From positions 1 to 57,281 of the forward strand of contig JBAZHV010000001.1 of the NCBI GenBank assembly GCA_041652155.1: DNA of 57,281 nt, read 5' to 3'. Origin of the DNA: Minisyncoccota bacterium. GTDB lineage: Bacteria; Patescibacteriota; Minisyncoccia; Minisyncoccales; JAQTVQ01. The position numbers were made by a program, and so were the translations under genes. Of this stretch, positions 34,751 through 43,323 are shown one piece after another (the stretch's first letter is position 1; each line of letters opens with the position of its first letter). The notes beneath the pieces are model-generated. The model worked only from the letters and a program-made list of their open reading frames with translations. It did not search any database and was not told the DNA's origin.

Positions 34751-36325
34751 ATGACAAGCGATAATACCAAGAAAATATCAGGCGTAAGAACAAGATTTGC
34801 GCCTTCGCCGACAGGACCGCTGAATCCGGGGGGAGTCCGGACAGCTCTTTTTGCTTATCTTTTTGCCAAAAAATACGGGGGCAGTTTGGTCTTAAGGATA
34901 GAAGACACCGACGTTGAAAGGTCTAAAAAAGAATGGGAACAGGATCTTTTTGAAAGCATGAAATGGATGGGTTTGTTATGGGACGAAGGACCGGACCCCG
35001 ATGATCCGTCAAAATACATAGGCCAATACGGACCATACCGCCAAAGCGAACGCAAAGATATCTACGCCGGATATCTGAAAAAACTTATCGACGAAAAGAA
35101 AGCCTATTATTGTTTCTGCTCGAAAGAAGAGCTGGAAGCATACAAACAATACGCCATGTCGCAAGGATTGCCGCCGGTCTATCCGGGCAAATGCCGGGAT
35201 ATGGATCAAGCAACGATCCAAAAATACCTCGATGAAAAAAGGCCGTTTTTGATCAGATTCAAAACCCCGAAAGGCCAAAAAATAATTTTCGATGATGCCG
35301 TGAGGGGAAAAGTGGAATTCGATTCGACCCTATTGGGAGACTTCTCTTTATCTAAAGGATTCGACAATCCACTGTATAATTTCGTTGTCGTGGTAGACGA
35401 TTACGAAATGAAGATCACCGATGTTGTCAGAGGAGAGGACCATATATCGAACACTCCAAAACAAATTTTACTGCAGGAAGCTTTAGGTTTCTCAAAAGTA
35501 AGGTATGCCCATCTGCCGCTGATCCTTAACGAAAAAAAGCAAAAGCTATCAAAAAGGGACAATGTCTTGCCTATTAGCGCCTATAAAAAAGACGGCTATT
35601 CTCCCGAGGCATTGAATAATTTTGTCGCATTACTTGGATGGAACCCGGGAACGGATGAAGAAATATTTTCTTTGGAACAATTGGCCAAAGAATTTTCCGT
35701 TGAAAAAATACAAAAAGGCGGAGCAGTATTCAACCCCCAAAAATTGGATTGGATCAATGGTTTTTACATCAGGCAAAGATCGTTAAAAGAATTGGCCGAT
35801 TTGTGCCTGCCATATCTGCAAGAAAAGGGGATGATCAAAAAAAATGAAAAGATGATACGTCCGGAGAACGAACTTTTGCCGGAAAATTCATATTCCGTGA
35901 TCGCCACAGGGGAGATCATCTCTCAAAGCCGATTGGAAGGAATGCTCGCGCTGTACAAAGAAAGGATCAAAAAGCTTTCCGAGATGGCTGATCTTGTTGA
36001 TTTCTTTTTCGCGGGGGAGTTGTCTTACCCCAAAGAAACTCTTAAATGGAAAAATATGGAAAGCGATCAGGAAGCGATCGATTCTCTCAACAAAGTTTAC
36101 AATTTACTGTCTTCTTTGGAAGAAAAAGACTTTACAAAAATAAAACTTGAACCGATACTCCTAAAAGAAGCAGAAACCATGCCAGACAGAGGATATATCC
36201 TTTGGCCGTTGCGCGTAGCTTTAACAGGCAAGATGAACTCAGCCGGTCCTATCGACATAACTGCCGCAATGGGAAAAGAGAAAACCCTGATCAGAATAAA
36301 AGAAGCCATAAATAAGTTTAAATAA
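34751..36325 (+). CDS. gltX: glutamyl-tRNA synthetase (variant HIGH motif)
   Basis: RTRFAPSPTGPLNPGGVRTAL, LRIEDTD and KLSKRD. LNPG sits where H(I/V)G(G/H) is expected. Confidence 0.9.
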   Translation: MTSDNTKKISGVRTRFAPSPTGPLNPGGVRTALFAYLFAKKYGGSLVLRIEDTDVERSKKEWEQDLFESMKWMGLLWDEGPDPDDPSKYIGQYGPYRQSERKDIYAGYLKKLIDEKKAYYCFCSKEELEAYKQYAMSQGLPPVYPGKCRDMDQATIQKYLDEKRPFLIRFKTPKGQKIIFDDAVRGKVEFDSTLLGDFSLSKGFDNPLYNFVVVVDDYEMKITDVVRGEDHISNTPKQILLQEALGFSKVRYAHLPLILNEKKQKLSKRDNVLPISAYKKDGYSPEALNNFVALLGWNPGTDEEIFSLEQLAKEFSVEKIQKGGAVFNPQKLDWINGFYIRQRSLKELADLCLPYLQEKGMIKKNEKMIRPENELLPENSYSVIATGEIISQSRLEGMLALYKERIKKLSEMADLVDFFFAGELSYPKETLKWKNMESDQEAIDSLNKVYNLLSSLEEKDFTKIKLEPILLKEAETMPDRGYILWPLRVALTGKMNSAGPIDITAAMGKEKTLIRIKEAINKFK

Positions 36326-36378
36326 ATATTTTTATGCCCGTCCGATCAAGGCCGGAAATATCAATTTTTTCCAAAATT

Positions 36379-36666
36379 ATGACCCAAAAAATAATTATCT
36401 CTACTGCTATTTTTACCCTTGGATCGGCTTTATGTTTTGTGGCTTTTCCATCCGAGACCAGCGCGGCTCTCGCTGAAGTGCAACAGCAGATCGATGCTGT
36501 CGGGCAGACAGTAGACACCGTTGATCAACAAGCGCAAAGCGTAAAAGAAAAAGGATTGGTCCAAACTATCTGGGACAATACGATAGGCCAAACAATTTCG
36601 GCTATATGGCAGCAGATAACGGGGATATGGAGCCAAATAATGTCCATCTTCGGGGCGAAAGCTTAA
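36379..36666 (+). CDS. small secreted Trp-rich amphipathic protein
   Basis: Signal peptide MTQKIIISTAIFTLGSALCFVAFPSETSA, then a Q-rich helix and TIWDNTIGQTISAIWQQITGIWSQIMSIFG. Confidence 0.55.
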   Translation: MTQKIIISTAIFTLGSALCFVAFPSETSAALAEVQQQIDAVGQTVDTVDQQAQSVKEKGLVQTIWDNTIGQTISAIWQQITGIWSQIMSIFGAKA

Positions 36667-36688
36667 TAAAAATAAAGGAGAAAACAAT

Positions 36689-37075
36689 ATGTCTCCAAGA
36701 AAAAAATTCATCTTGATATTTATAAATATTCTTCTGATTTTTGCCTTTTTGATCGGATATAAACCTGCTCTGGCGGTGCAGACAGCGGGAGAGGGTGGAA
36801 TTGATCGGAGAACTGTAACAGCGGAGCAGGCATCGATTTTTGGAAGCGGAGGACTGGCAAGCAATGCCTGGCAATGGATAAAAGATGCTTGGAAGACAAC
36901 CTGCAAAATTCTAACAAGCATTTGGAACCAGATAATATCTCTTTTTAACTGGCAGAATATCAGCGCGGAAGGGCAAAGAGAGTTCGACAATTTTAAAAGA
37001 GATCTGCCCGGATTTCTTAAATGGATTTTTTCAGGAATAGGCGCGGCCGCTAAATGGGCTAGAGAACTATTCTAA
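36689..37075 (+). CDS. small secreted Trp-rich amphipathic protein (paralog-like)
   Basis: SD AAGGAG. Signal/anchor FILIFINILLIFAFLIGYKPALA. NAWQWIKDAWKTTCKILTSIWNQIISLFNW shares the IW-x-QI-x-S-(I/L)-F block with the preceding ORF. Confidence 0.55.
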   Translation: MSPRKKFILIFINILLIFAFLIGYKPALAVQTAGEGGIDRRTVTAEQASIFGSGGLASNAWQWIKDAWKTTCKILTSIWNQIISLFNWQNISAEGQREFDNFKRDLPGFLKWIFSGIGAAAKWARELF

Positions 37076-37125
37076 AAAAAGCCGCCATCATCGGTGAAAA
37101 AAATACTATGACGGATAGAACATAA

Positions 37126-37308
37126 CGGATAAGAGACAAAGAAAACCTTGAACAAAAGGTTCAGGAGCGTACAAAGGAGTTGCAAGGCGCCTACGATAAC
37201 ATAAAGAGCCAGAAAAACGAGCTGGAGCGCTGGTATAATCTGACCATTGGCAGAGAGTTAAAAATGGCCGAGCTTAAAGACAAGATCAAATATCTCGAGC
37301 AAAAATAA
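37126..37308 (+). pseudogene. orphan C-terminal fragment of a 7TM/coiled-coil sensor paralog
   Basis: In-frame translation LEQKVQERTKELQGAYDNIKSQKNELERWYNLTIGRELKMAELKDKIKYLEQK* matches the tails of 21656..22681 and 24490..25509. A stop codon lies immediately upstream and no start or TM region is present. Confidence 0.6.
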
Positions 37309-37343
37309 ATTTAATAAAAAATAATTTTGAATAAAGGGGATGG

Positions 37344-37376
37344 AATATTTATAAATAATTATTATTTATAAATATT
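37344..37376. repeat. perfect 33-nt AT palindrome
   Basis: AATATTTATAAATAAT T ATTATTTATAAATATT. Each arm contains the self-complementary 12-mer TATTTATAAATA. Confidence 0.8.
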
Positions 37377-37779
37377 TTAAATATATTTCTGCAGAAGAGA
37401 ACCTGCGAATCACAGGAGAACAAGGCATAGAGAAGGGCTTGACGCAGACGTTAGTCTTGCGATATCATAGTCTTAGTTAGTGAGTATAATGTCCCTAACA
37501 CTCGCTAAAGCCTAGAGAAAACCCAGTAAACGCCTGTAGCTGTTCCATATATGTTTGAAAAGGGCCAAAAACCCCTCTCTCGGCGGCCGAACACTTCCCC
37601 GGCCATATTATACAAATTTTTACAATTAAATTATTTTTATTTTTCTCCGCACTATTTTCTTTTTTCTTGTATAAATTATAAAATCATATTCGAAAGAGGT
37701 TTTCCCTTCTATGAAACGCTAATGAAACTCGCTTGACTCCGCGGCCTCTAATCTAACCAATTTACTTCAAAATCATCAA

Positions 37780-38718
37780 ATGCTAGATCACCTCGAAGAT
37801 TTCCTTCTTCACATACAAACCAATAACTATTCGCCCGAAACGCTGTATAACTACGAGCGTGATTTAAGAACTTTCGAAAATTTCCTCGATAGCGATCTCA
37901 AAATGCCTTTCGAGCAGGTAAACAAAAAAAGTATCGAGCAATATAAGGCTTATTTGGTATCCAGAGACCGTAAAACATCGCTGAAAAAGGATCCTGTGAA
38001 GAATTTATCAGCCGGTTCCATAAACCGCACGCTGTCCAGCCTTAGAGGTTTTTTGAAGTATCTTATAAAAATGGATCACAAGGCGCCCGTAGCGCCCGAT
38101 GTGATAGAGATGCTCAAGACCGAAAAAAAACACGGCCGGGTCGGGGAATTCGACGAAATAGTAAAACTCATCGAGTCCCCTTTAACTTTGGAAAAAAATA
38201 AAAAGGTGGGCCTGCGCAACCGCGCGATGCTTGAAATGGTTTTCTCTACCGGTATGAGAATTTCGGAGCTGGTAAGCATAAAAACCGTCCAGATAGACAA
38301 AACCGGCCGCATATTCATCCGCGGCAAAGGACGCAAGGAAAGGTTCGTTTATTTGACCCCAAGAGCCCACAAATGGATCCAGACGTACATACAGGAGGCC
38401 CGAGGCGATGATCCGTCCCCTTATTTGTTCATTCCCGCCAAAGGCAGGAGTATCAATAAGAAAGATAAGAAAGTTTCCACCAACTACTTGCAGGAAAGGA
38501 TCAAGCGCTACCGCGAGCTTCTGGGCTTTAATATCCCGACGTCCTGCCACTCGATCAGGCACGCTTTTGCCACCTATTTGGCCGAAAATGGGGCCAATCC
38601 GGCAGCAATACAAATACTGCTCGGCCACGAGTCATTGGACACCACCACGCGCTACGTACACGCTTCAGACCGCTACGCCGAAAAGAGCCACCACGATTTC
38701 CACCCATTAAAAGACTAG
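37780..38718 (+). CDS. tyrosine recombinase (XerC/XerD/integrase family)
   Basis: SAM-like N-domain. Catalytic region LRNRAMLEMVFSTGMRISEL, HSIRHAFATYL and LLGHESLDTTTRYVH. Confidence 0.85.
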   Translation: MLDHLEDFLLHIQTNNYSPETLYNYERDLRTFENFLDSDLKMPFEQVNKKSIEQYKAYLVSRDRKTSLKKDPVKNLSAGSINRTLSSLRGFLKYLIKMDHKAPVAPDVIEMLKTEKKHGRVGEFDEIVKLIESPLTLEKNKKVGLRNRAMLEMVFSTGMRISELVSIKTVQIDKTGRIFIRGKGRKERFVYLTPRAHKWIQTYIQEARGDDPSPYLFIPAKGRSINKKDKKVSTNYLQERIKRYRELLGFNIPTSCHSIRHAFATYLAENGANPAAIQILLGHESLDTTTRYVHASDRYAEKSHHDFHPLKD

Positions 38719-38723
38719 GAGTC

Positions 38724-38766
38724 AGCTTGTAGTCTGTCTGTCGGCAGACAGGCTGGTAGCTTGTAG
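38724..38766. repeat. two direct AGCTTGTAG 9-mers flanking a REP-like hairpin
   Basis: 9-mers at 38724-38732 and 38758-38766. Hairpin core GTCTGTCGGCAGAC at 38736-38749. Confidence 0.7.
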
Positions 38767-38770
38767 GATC

Positions 38771-38796
38771 AAAAAACTGGCTTTTGCCAGTTTTTT
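38771..38796. terminator. bidirectional terminator
   Basis: AAAAAA CTGGC TTTT GCCAG TTTTTT. Confidence 0.8.
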
Positions 38797-38832
38797 AATT
38801 ATAATTTTCTGCAGAGATCTAATCTCTGCACA

Positions 38833-39090
38833 TTAACAAATAGACCCAGGAGGACAGCCTGGGTAGATCATTTTTAGAATAAAAACTATAAAGATGGCTA
38901 ACGATAAAAGCAAGACAGCAATCCAGGAACCGTTTAAAATAATTTTAAATATTTTCCTTCCTCTTGCTGATCCCCAACGACTAATAACGGTCTTGTTCAG
39001 CAATAAAAGAACTAAACTTAAAAGAAGAAAAGGAATTATTAAGAAAAAAGAATGAAAAAATTGTTCGATCTGTGCCTCTAATGTGATCAT
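38833..39090 (-). CDS. hypothetical small membrane protein
   Basis: 85 aa with two hydrophobic helices. Abuts the upstream NTPase gene with no gap. Confidence 0.45.
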   Translation of the reverse strand: MITLEAQIEQFFHSFFLIIPFLLLSLVLLLLNKTVISRWGSARGRKIFKIILNGSWIAVLLLSLAIFIVFILKMIYPGCPPGSIC

Positions 39091-39642
39091 CTATAATTTT
39101 TTTATTTTATTATCTTTATAAAAACCGTCTTCTGCGGCGATCTGTATCAGCGCATTTCTCAAAGATTCTTTGAGACTGGCGGCCCTTGTTATAACCCCTC
39201 CGGAATAGATGCCCCAAGTATCATTCGGCGTTTTTCCATACTCTTTTTCTATTATGGCCATTACGCTACTGTGTTCCATTTTTAATTTTTTCATCTGATC
39301 CAACACCAGGTCAGGGACTTTTAATCCGCTTGAATATCCAAAAAATTCCCTGCCTTCTTTGTCTATAACCGCGGCCCAAGCTTCTTCATAAGTATCGCCG
39401 TATCTTTCTACCAGCCCGCTTTCTAAACCTATATAAAAATCAGCTACTATCTGCGATTTTGAATTTAACGCTCTATTTCTAGCCCCATCGAATGTTTGCC
39501 TGCCGTAAGGGGTCTCCGGCATTCCGGAAAAAGCGGAATACCCTTCAACGATAGCTCTTCTGTCTTTGAACAGATCAAAAATGACCTCTTGAGCTGTTTT
39601 TATCTTTCTTTCGCTTATAGACCCAACAACAAGTTTTATCAT
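39091..39642 (-). CDS. inosine/xanthosine triphosphatase-like NTPase (YjjX/DUF84 family)
   Basis: VGSISERKIKTAQE, SGMPETPYGRQTFDGARNRA, IGLESG and ITRAASLKESL parallel the YjjX motifs. Confidence 0.65.
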   Translation of the reverse strand: MIKLVVGSISERKIKTAQEVIFDLFKDRRAIVEGYSAFSGMPETPYGRQTFDGARNRALNSKSQIVADFYIGLESGLVERYGDTYEEAWAAVIDKEGREFFGYSSGLKVPDLVLDQMKKLKMEHSSVMAIIEKEYGKTPNDTWGIYSGGVITRAASLKESLRNALIQIAAEDGFYKDNKIKKL

Positions 39643-39729
39643 CCTCTCAATTATTTTATTAACTCTCTTTTTATCAGGTTCGGATTTTCTATGTTTTCTT
39701 TATCCCCAATACTTTTGCCTTCACCACTC

Positions 39730-39759
39730 CTACAAGCTACAAGCTAATTCCTACAAGCT
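39730..39759. repeat. three CTACAAGCT 9-mers (reverse complement of AGCTTGTAG)
   Basis: Copies at 39730-39738, 39738-39745 (overlapping, 8 nt) and 39751-39759. Confidence 0.7.
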
Positions 39760-39762
39760 AGT

Positions 39763-40479
39763 TTATGCGCCTTTTCTTCTTTCTCTTTGATTAAAGTCTT
39801 CTATCGCTTGGGCGAACTTTTCCGGGCCGAAATCCGGAAAAAGGATATCTGTAAAATATAGCTGGGAATAAGCGGTGTCCCACATCATAAATCCGGCCGA
39901 GTTGTGCGGATCGCCGCCAGCTCCGGTCCTAATGACCAGATCCACCGGAGGCAGGTCTTTGGACCATAAACTCTGTTTGATAACTCCCCCGTCTATTTTT
40001 GAAATTTTTCCATCCTTGTATTGCTCGGCTATCTTTTTGACGCAATCAACCATCTCATCGTCTCCGTTATAAGCGACCATAAAGGTCAGATAGTGTTTGT
40101 CGTAGCCTTTGGTCTTTTCCATTATATTCTCCATCACTTCCTGGGTGGACTTCGGGAAAATATCCCTCCAGCGTCCCAAAAATTGGACCCTGACCTTGCT
40201 TCCGTGTATCTCCTTGTTATCCAGCGCTTTGCGGAAAAATTCATCGAAAATTCTGAATAAAAAGTTTACTTCCTGTTCATTTCTTTTGGTCAAATTGTCC
40301 CAGGAAGCGCACCAAAAAGTAAAACAATAAAGGTCCATATCAAGGGCTTTCTGCAGAAGCTTGGTTAAGGTTTGGGCCCCTTCCTGATGTCCGATCCAGG
40401 GCGGAAGGTTCCTGTTTTTGGCCCAGCGGCGATTGCCGTCCGGAATGACGGCCGCGTGTTTACAAAGGTTGTTGTCCAT
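39763..40479 (-). CDS. uppS: undecaprenyl diphosphate synthase (cis-isoprenyl transferase)
   Basis: HAAVIPDGNRRWA, GH..G, LVIRTGAGGDPHNSAGFMMW and YSQLYFTDILFPDF. Confidence 0.9.
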   Translation of the reverse strand: MDNNLCKHAAVIPDGNRRWAKNRNLPPWIGHQEGAQTLTKLLQKALDMDLYCFTFWCASWDNLTKRNEQEVNFLFRIFDEFFRKALDNKEIHGSKVRVQFLGRWRDIFPKSTQEVMENIMEKTKGYDKHYLTFMVAYNGDDEMVDCVKKIAEQYKDGKISKIDGGVIKQSLWSKDLPPVDLVIRTGAGGDPHNSAGFMMWDTAYSQLYFTDILFPDFGPEKFAQAIEDFNQRERRKGA

Positions 40480-40633
40480 AACTGGTTTGCTCGAATTTTA
40501 TCGATTGTTTATCTTCCATTTTAGCGGTTATGTAGCCTAAAGCAAAAGCAAGCAAGGTAACCAAAAGAACCGCCACGAATAATATTATATCCGATTGCCA
40601 ATCTTTGACAAATTTAACGATTTTTGATAACAT
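40460..40633 (-). CDS. possible 57-aa membrane peptide overlapping the uppS start
   Basis: MLSKIVKFVKDWQSDIILFVAVLLVTLLAFALGYITAKMEDKQ... has one TM helix. No SD. Below the ORF-track cutoff. Confidence 0.3.
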   Translation of the reverse strand: MLSKIVKFVKDWQSDIILFVAVLLVTLLAFALGYITAKMEDKQSIKFEQTSYGQQPL

Positions 40634-40662
40634 TTTACTGTTAATTAAAGCAAATTACTATT

Positions 40663-41007
40663 ATGGCATCAACTACTTCAATAAGCATCGGCAGAGATTC
40701 CCAGCCCAAATTCCTTGGCGTTAAACGCTACGAAGGACAGATCGTCAAAACCGGCGAGGTTTTGGTCAGACAAAGAGGTACCAAGATCATCCCCGGACTG
40801 AACGTCAAAGAAGGTTCGGACAATACTTTGTACTCTATGAAAGACGGCAAGGTATATTTTACCACTAAAAGAAAATTGGGATTCAACGGCGCCCAGAAAA
40901 AAGTTAAGGTTATAAATGTCGGCGACAAACCGACCAAGACCCAGGAAGTTAAGAAGGTCGCAAGAGCTACAAGAGCCGCAAAAGTTGCCAAGGCCGCAAA
41001 GAAATAA
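40663..41007 (+). CDS. rpmA: 50S ribosomal protein L27 (divergent N-terminus, basic C-terminal extension)
   Basis: [54 protein letters not shown]. Confidence 0.85.
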   Translation: MASTTSISIGRDSQPKFLGVKRYEGQIVKTGEVLVRQRGTKIIPGLNVKEGSDNTLYSMKDGKVYFTTKRKLGFNGAQKKVKVINVGDKPTKTQEVKKVARATRAAKVAKAAKK

Positions 41008-41034
41008 CCTAAAATCTCAAAGAACTTTCTGAAA

Positions 41035-41060
41035 GACCGTGATACAAGTCACGGTTTTTC
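41035..41060 (+). terminator. rpmA terminator
   Basis: GACCGTGA TACAAG TCACGGT TTTT. Confidence 0.75.
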
Positions 41061-41064
41061 TTTG

Positions 41065-41090
41065 CCCTCCGTAGCTTTAGCGAAGGCGGG
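41065..41090. repeat. REP-like GC element
   Basis: CCCTCCGTAGCTTTAGCGAAGGCGGG shares CCGTAGCT...AGCGAAGGCG with the 1498-1570 element. Confidence 0.4.
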
Positions 41091-41167
41091 TTTTACCCTT
41101 TATCGCCCCCCCCACGAACTCGCGGAACAGAGGCGGATTGATTATTTAATTATGGCTGGAATAAGAA

Positions 41168-41575
41168 TCACGGTTTTTTGTTGGCCTTTTTCGCTAGGAC
41201 AATCAATCCGACCGTTAGGCCTATAACGACGGCTAAAGGTAAAAGGATTCCAAGGATAGATAAGAAAAGAACCGAAATAAGGGTTGCGAATGATAGTACT
41301 CCGAAAATAAGGCAGCCAACTATGTCGGCCAATATGAATATCAAGAAGCTGCCTGCCAGCAATTTCCAATAATTAGTGCCCGTTCCTTTATCATCATTTA
41401 AAAAAAGTTTTATGCTGTACCACAGTAATAAAAAAGAAAATATCGCTATCCCCAACTGATCAAGAAAATTGCCGCTCGAAGTAAACACCAATATCAAAAC
41501 AAGGACGGCCGGATAAAAAACGGCAAAGACAACAACAGCCAAGACGGCCAGCAATTTCTTTTTAAGGCTTACCAT
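41168..41575 (-). CDS. hypothetical 4-TM membrane protein
   Basis: 135 aa and almost entirely hydrophobic helices. No recognised family. Confidence 0.55.
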   Translation of the reverse strand: MVSLKKKLLAVLAVVVFAVFYPAVLVLILVFTSSGNFLDQLGIAIFSFLLLWYSIKLFLNDDKGTGTNYWKLLAGSFLIFILADIVGCLIFGVLSFATLISVLFLSILGILLPLAVVIGLTVGLIVLAKKANKKP

Positions 41576-41581
41576 AATGGT

Positions 41582-43207
41582 TTACTTCTTGCCTTCTATC
41601 GCCGCTCTCACAAACTCCCTGAATAGCGGTTGCGGGTTGAGCGGTCTGGTTTTGAATTCCGGGTGGAATTGGACGCCTACGAAGAACGGGTGGTTTTTGA
41701 GTTCTACGATCTCAACCAGGTCTTTTTCGGGGTTTACTCCCGCCATAACCAGGCCGTTCTGTTCCAATAGCGGTCTATAGGCGTTATTAAGCTCGTAGCG
41801 GTGTCTGTGGCGCTCGGAGATAGTTGGAGTCGCATAAGCCGCAAAAGCCTTGGTTTCGGGCTTTAAAGCGCAATTATACGCCCCCAAGCGCATCGTGCCT
41901 CCGTACTTCTTTTCGCTTATGAGATCCTTCTGTTCGGACATAACGTCGATGACCGGATCTTTAGCGTCTTTTATAAATTCGGTGGAAGTCGCCTCTTTTA
42001 TGCTGCAGACGTTCCTGGCAAACTCGATGGTCGCCAATTGCATTCCAAGGCATAATCCGAAAAATGGAATATTATTTTCTCTCAAGAATTGGATGGCTTT
42101 TATCTTGCCTTCGACTCCCCTGTTGCCGAATCCGCCCGGAACGATGATGCCGTCGTAGTTTCTCAACTCTTCCAAAGCTTTCGGATCGTTTTCGTAATTT
42201 TCAGCCGACAGCCATGTTATCTCCGGCTTTCTTTTGTGATACCAGCAAGCATGTTTGATCGATTCGATGACGGAGATGTAAGAATCTGTCAAAATAAATT
42301 TGCCGCTTTCGAAATATTTTCCAACAATTCCGATCTTGACCGGATCTTCAACCGTGTTGATCGTTTGCACCAGTTCCTCCCATTCTTTAAGATCATCCTC
42401 TTTGCCTTTCAATCCGAATTTATCCATTATCCTTTCTCCCAAATTTTCAAGCTTTAAATACATCGGCACTTCATAGATCGATTTCGCATCAAGCGCGGAG
42501 ATCACGTCTTCCGGGGCCACGTTGCAAAAAACGGAAAGTTTTCTTTTGCGCGGTTCGTCCAGCATATAGCTGGACCTGGCGAAAATGATGTCGGGCTGGA
42601 TGCCGGCTTCGTTCAACAGTCTGGCCGCCATCTGGGTCGGTTTCGTTTTCATCTCTCCCAGCATCGCCGGTATGGGCAGGTAGGAAACCAAAACAAAAAG
42701 CACGTCTTTCGGGCTTTTCAGCTTCAAAAGACGCGCCGCTTCCAAGAATATTAAATTTTGGTATTCGCCGACAGTCCCGCCGATCTCGATGAGAATAAAA
42801 TCCGCCCCGGATTTTTGGGCGAGCATTTCTATTTTCGCGATGACTTCGTTAGGTATGTCCGGGACAACTTCAACACAGCGGCCGTTATATTCCAAATTTC
42901 TCTCTTTTTGAATAACGGTTTGATAAACCCGGCCGGTTGTGAGGTAATTGTCTTCCGTTAAACTGATATCCAAGAACCTCTCATAGTTGCCAACGTCTTG
43001 ATCGCACTCCAGGCCGTCATCGGTCACAAAGACCTCGCCGTGTTCCATCGGATTCATTGTCCCGGCGTCAACGTTGATGTAGGGATCGATCTTTATGGCG
43101 GACACTTTAAAACCCTTGGACTGAAGGATTTTTCCTACCGACGCTGTCGATATTCCTTTGCCTATGCCTGACATTACTCCGCCGGCAATAAAGATATACT
43201 TGGCCAT
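41582..43207 (-). CDS. pyrG: CTP synthase
   Basis: GGVMSGIGKGI, the synthetase domain, and glutaminase GLCLGMQ with HRHRYE. Confidence 0.95.
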   Translation of the reverse strand: MAKYIFIAGGVMSGIGKGISTASVGKILQSKGFKVSAIKIDPYINVDAGTMNPMEHGEVFVTDDGLECDQDVGNYERFLDISLTEDNYLTTGRVYQTVIQKERNLEYNGRCVEVVPDIPNEVIAKIEMLAQKSGADFILIEIGGTVGEYQNLIFLEAARLLKLKSPKDVLFVLVSYLPIPAMLGEMKTKPTQMAARLLNEAGIQPDIIFARSSYMLDEPRKRKLSVFCNVAPEDVISALDAKSIYEVPMYLKLENLGERIMDKFGLKGKEDDLKEWEELVQTINTVEDPVKIGIVGKYFESGKFILTDSYISVIESIKHACWYHKRKPEITWLSAENYENDPKALEELRNYDGIIVPGGFGNRGVEGKIKAIQFLRENNIPFFGLCLGMQLATIEFARNVCSIKEATSTEFIKDAKDPVIDVMSEQKDLISEKKYGGTMRLGAYNCALKPETKAFAAYATPTISERHRHRYELNNAYRPLLEQNGLVMAGVNPEKDLVEIVELKNHPFFVGVQFHPEFKTRPLNPQPLFREFVRAAIEGKK

Positions 43208-43323
43208 TTGTTTTTCAGTTTAACAAAAACGTATTAAGTTTTCGGATTAAGATCTGCCTTTTGCCTGCTGTTTTCTTAACGGCAGATCGGCAGCGTTCTT
43301 TTCGCTTTTAGAATTAAAGAAGA

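Noticed and set aside
36430-36990. 186-aa minus-strand ORF covering both Trp-rich small-protein genes
   Set aside because: The plus-strand ORFs have signal peptides, one has a Shine-Dalgarno site and they share a motif. The minus-strand frame has none of these.
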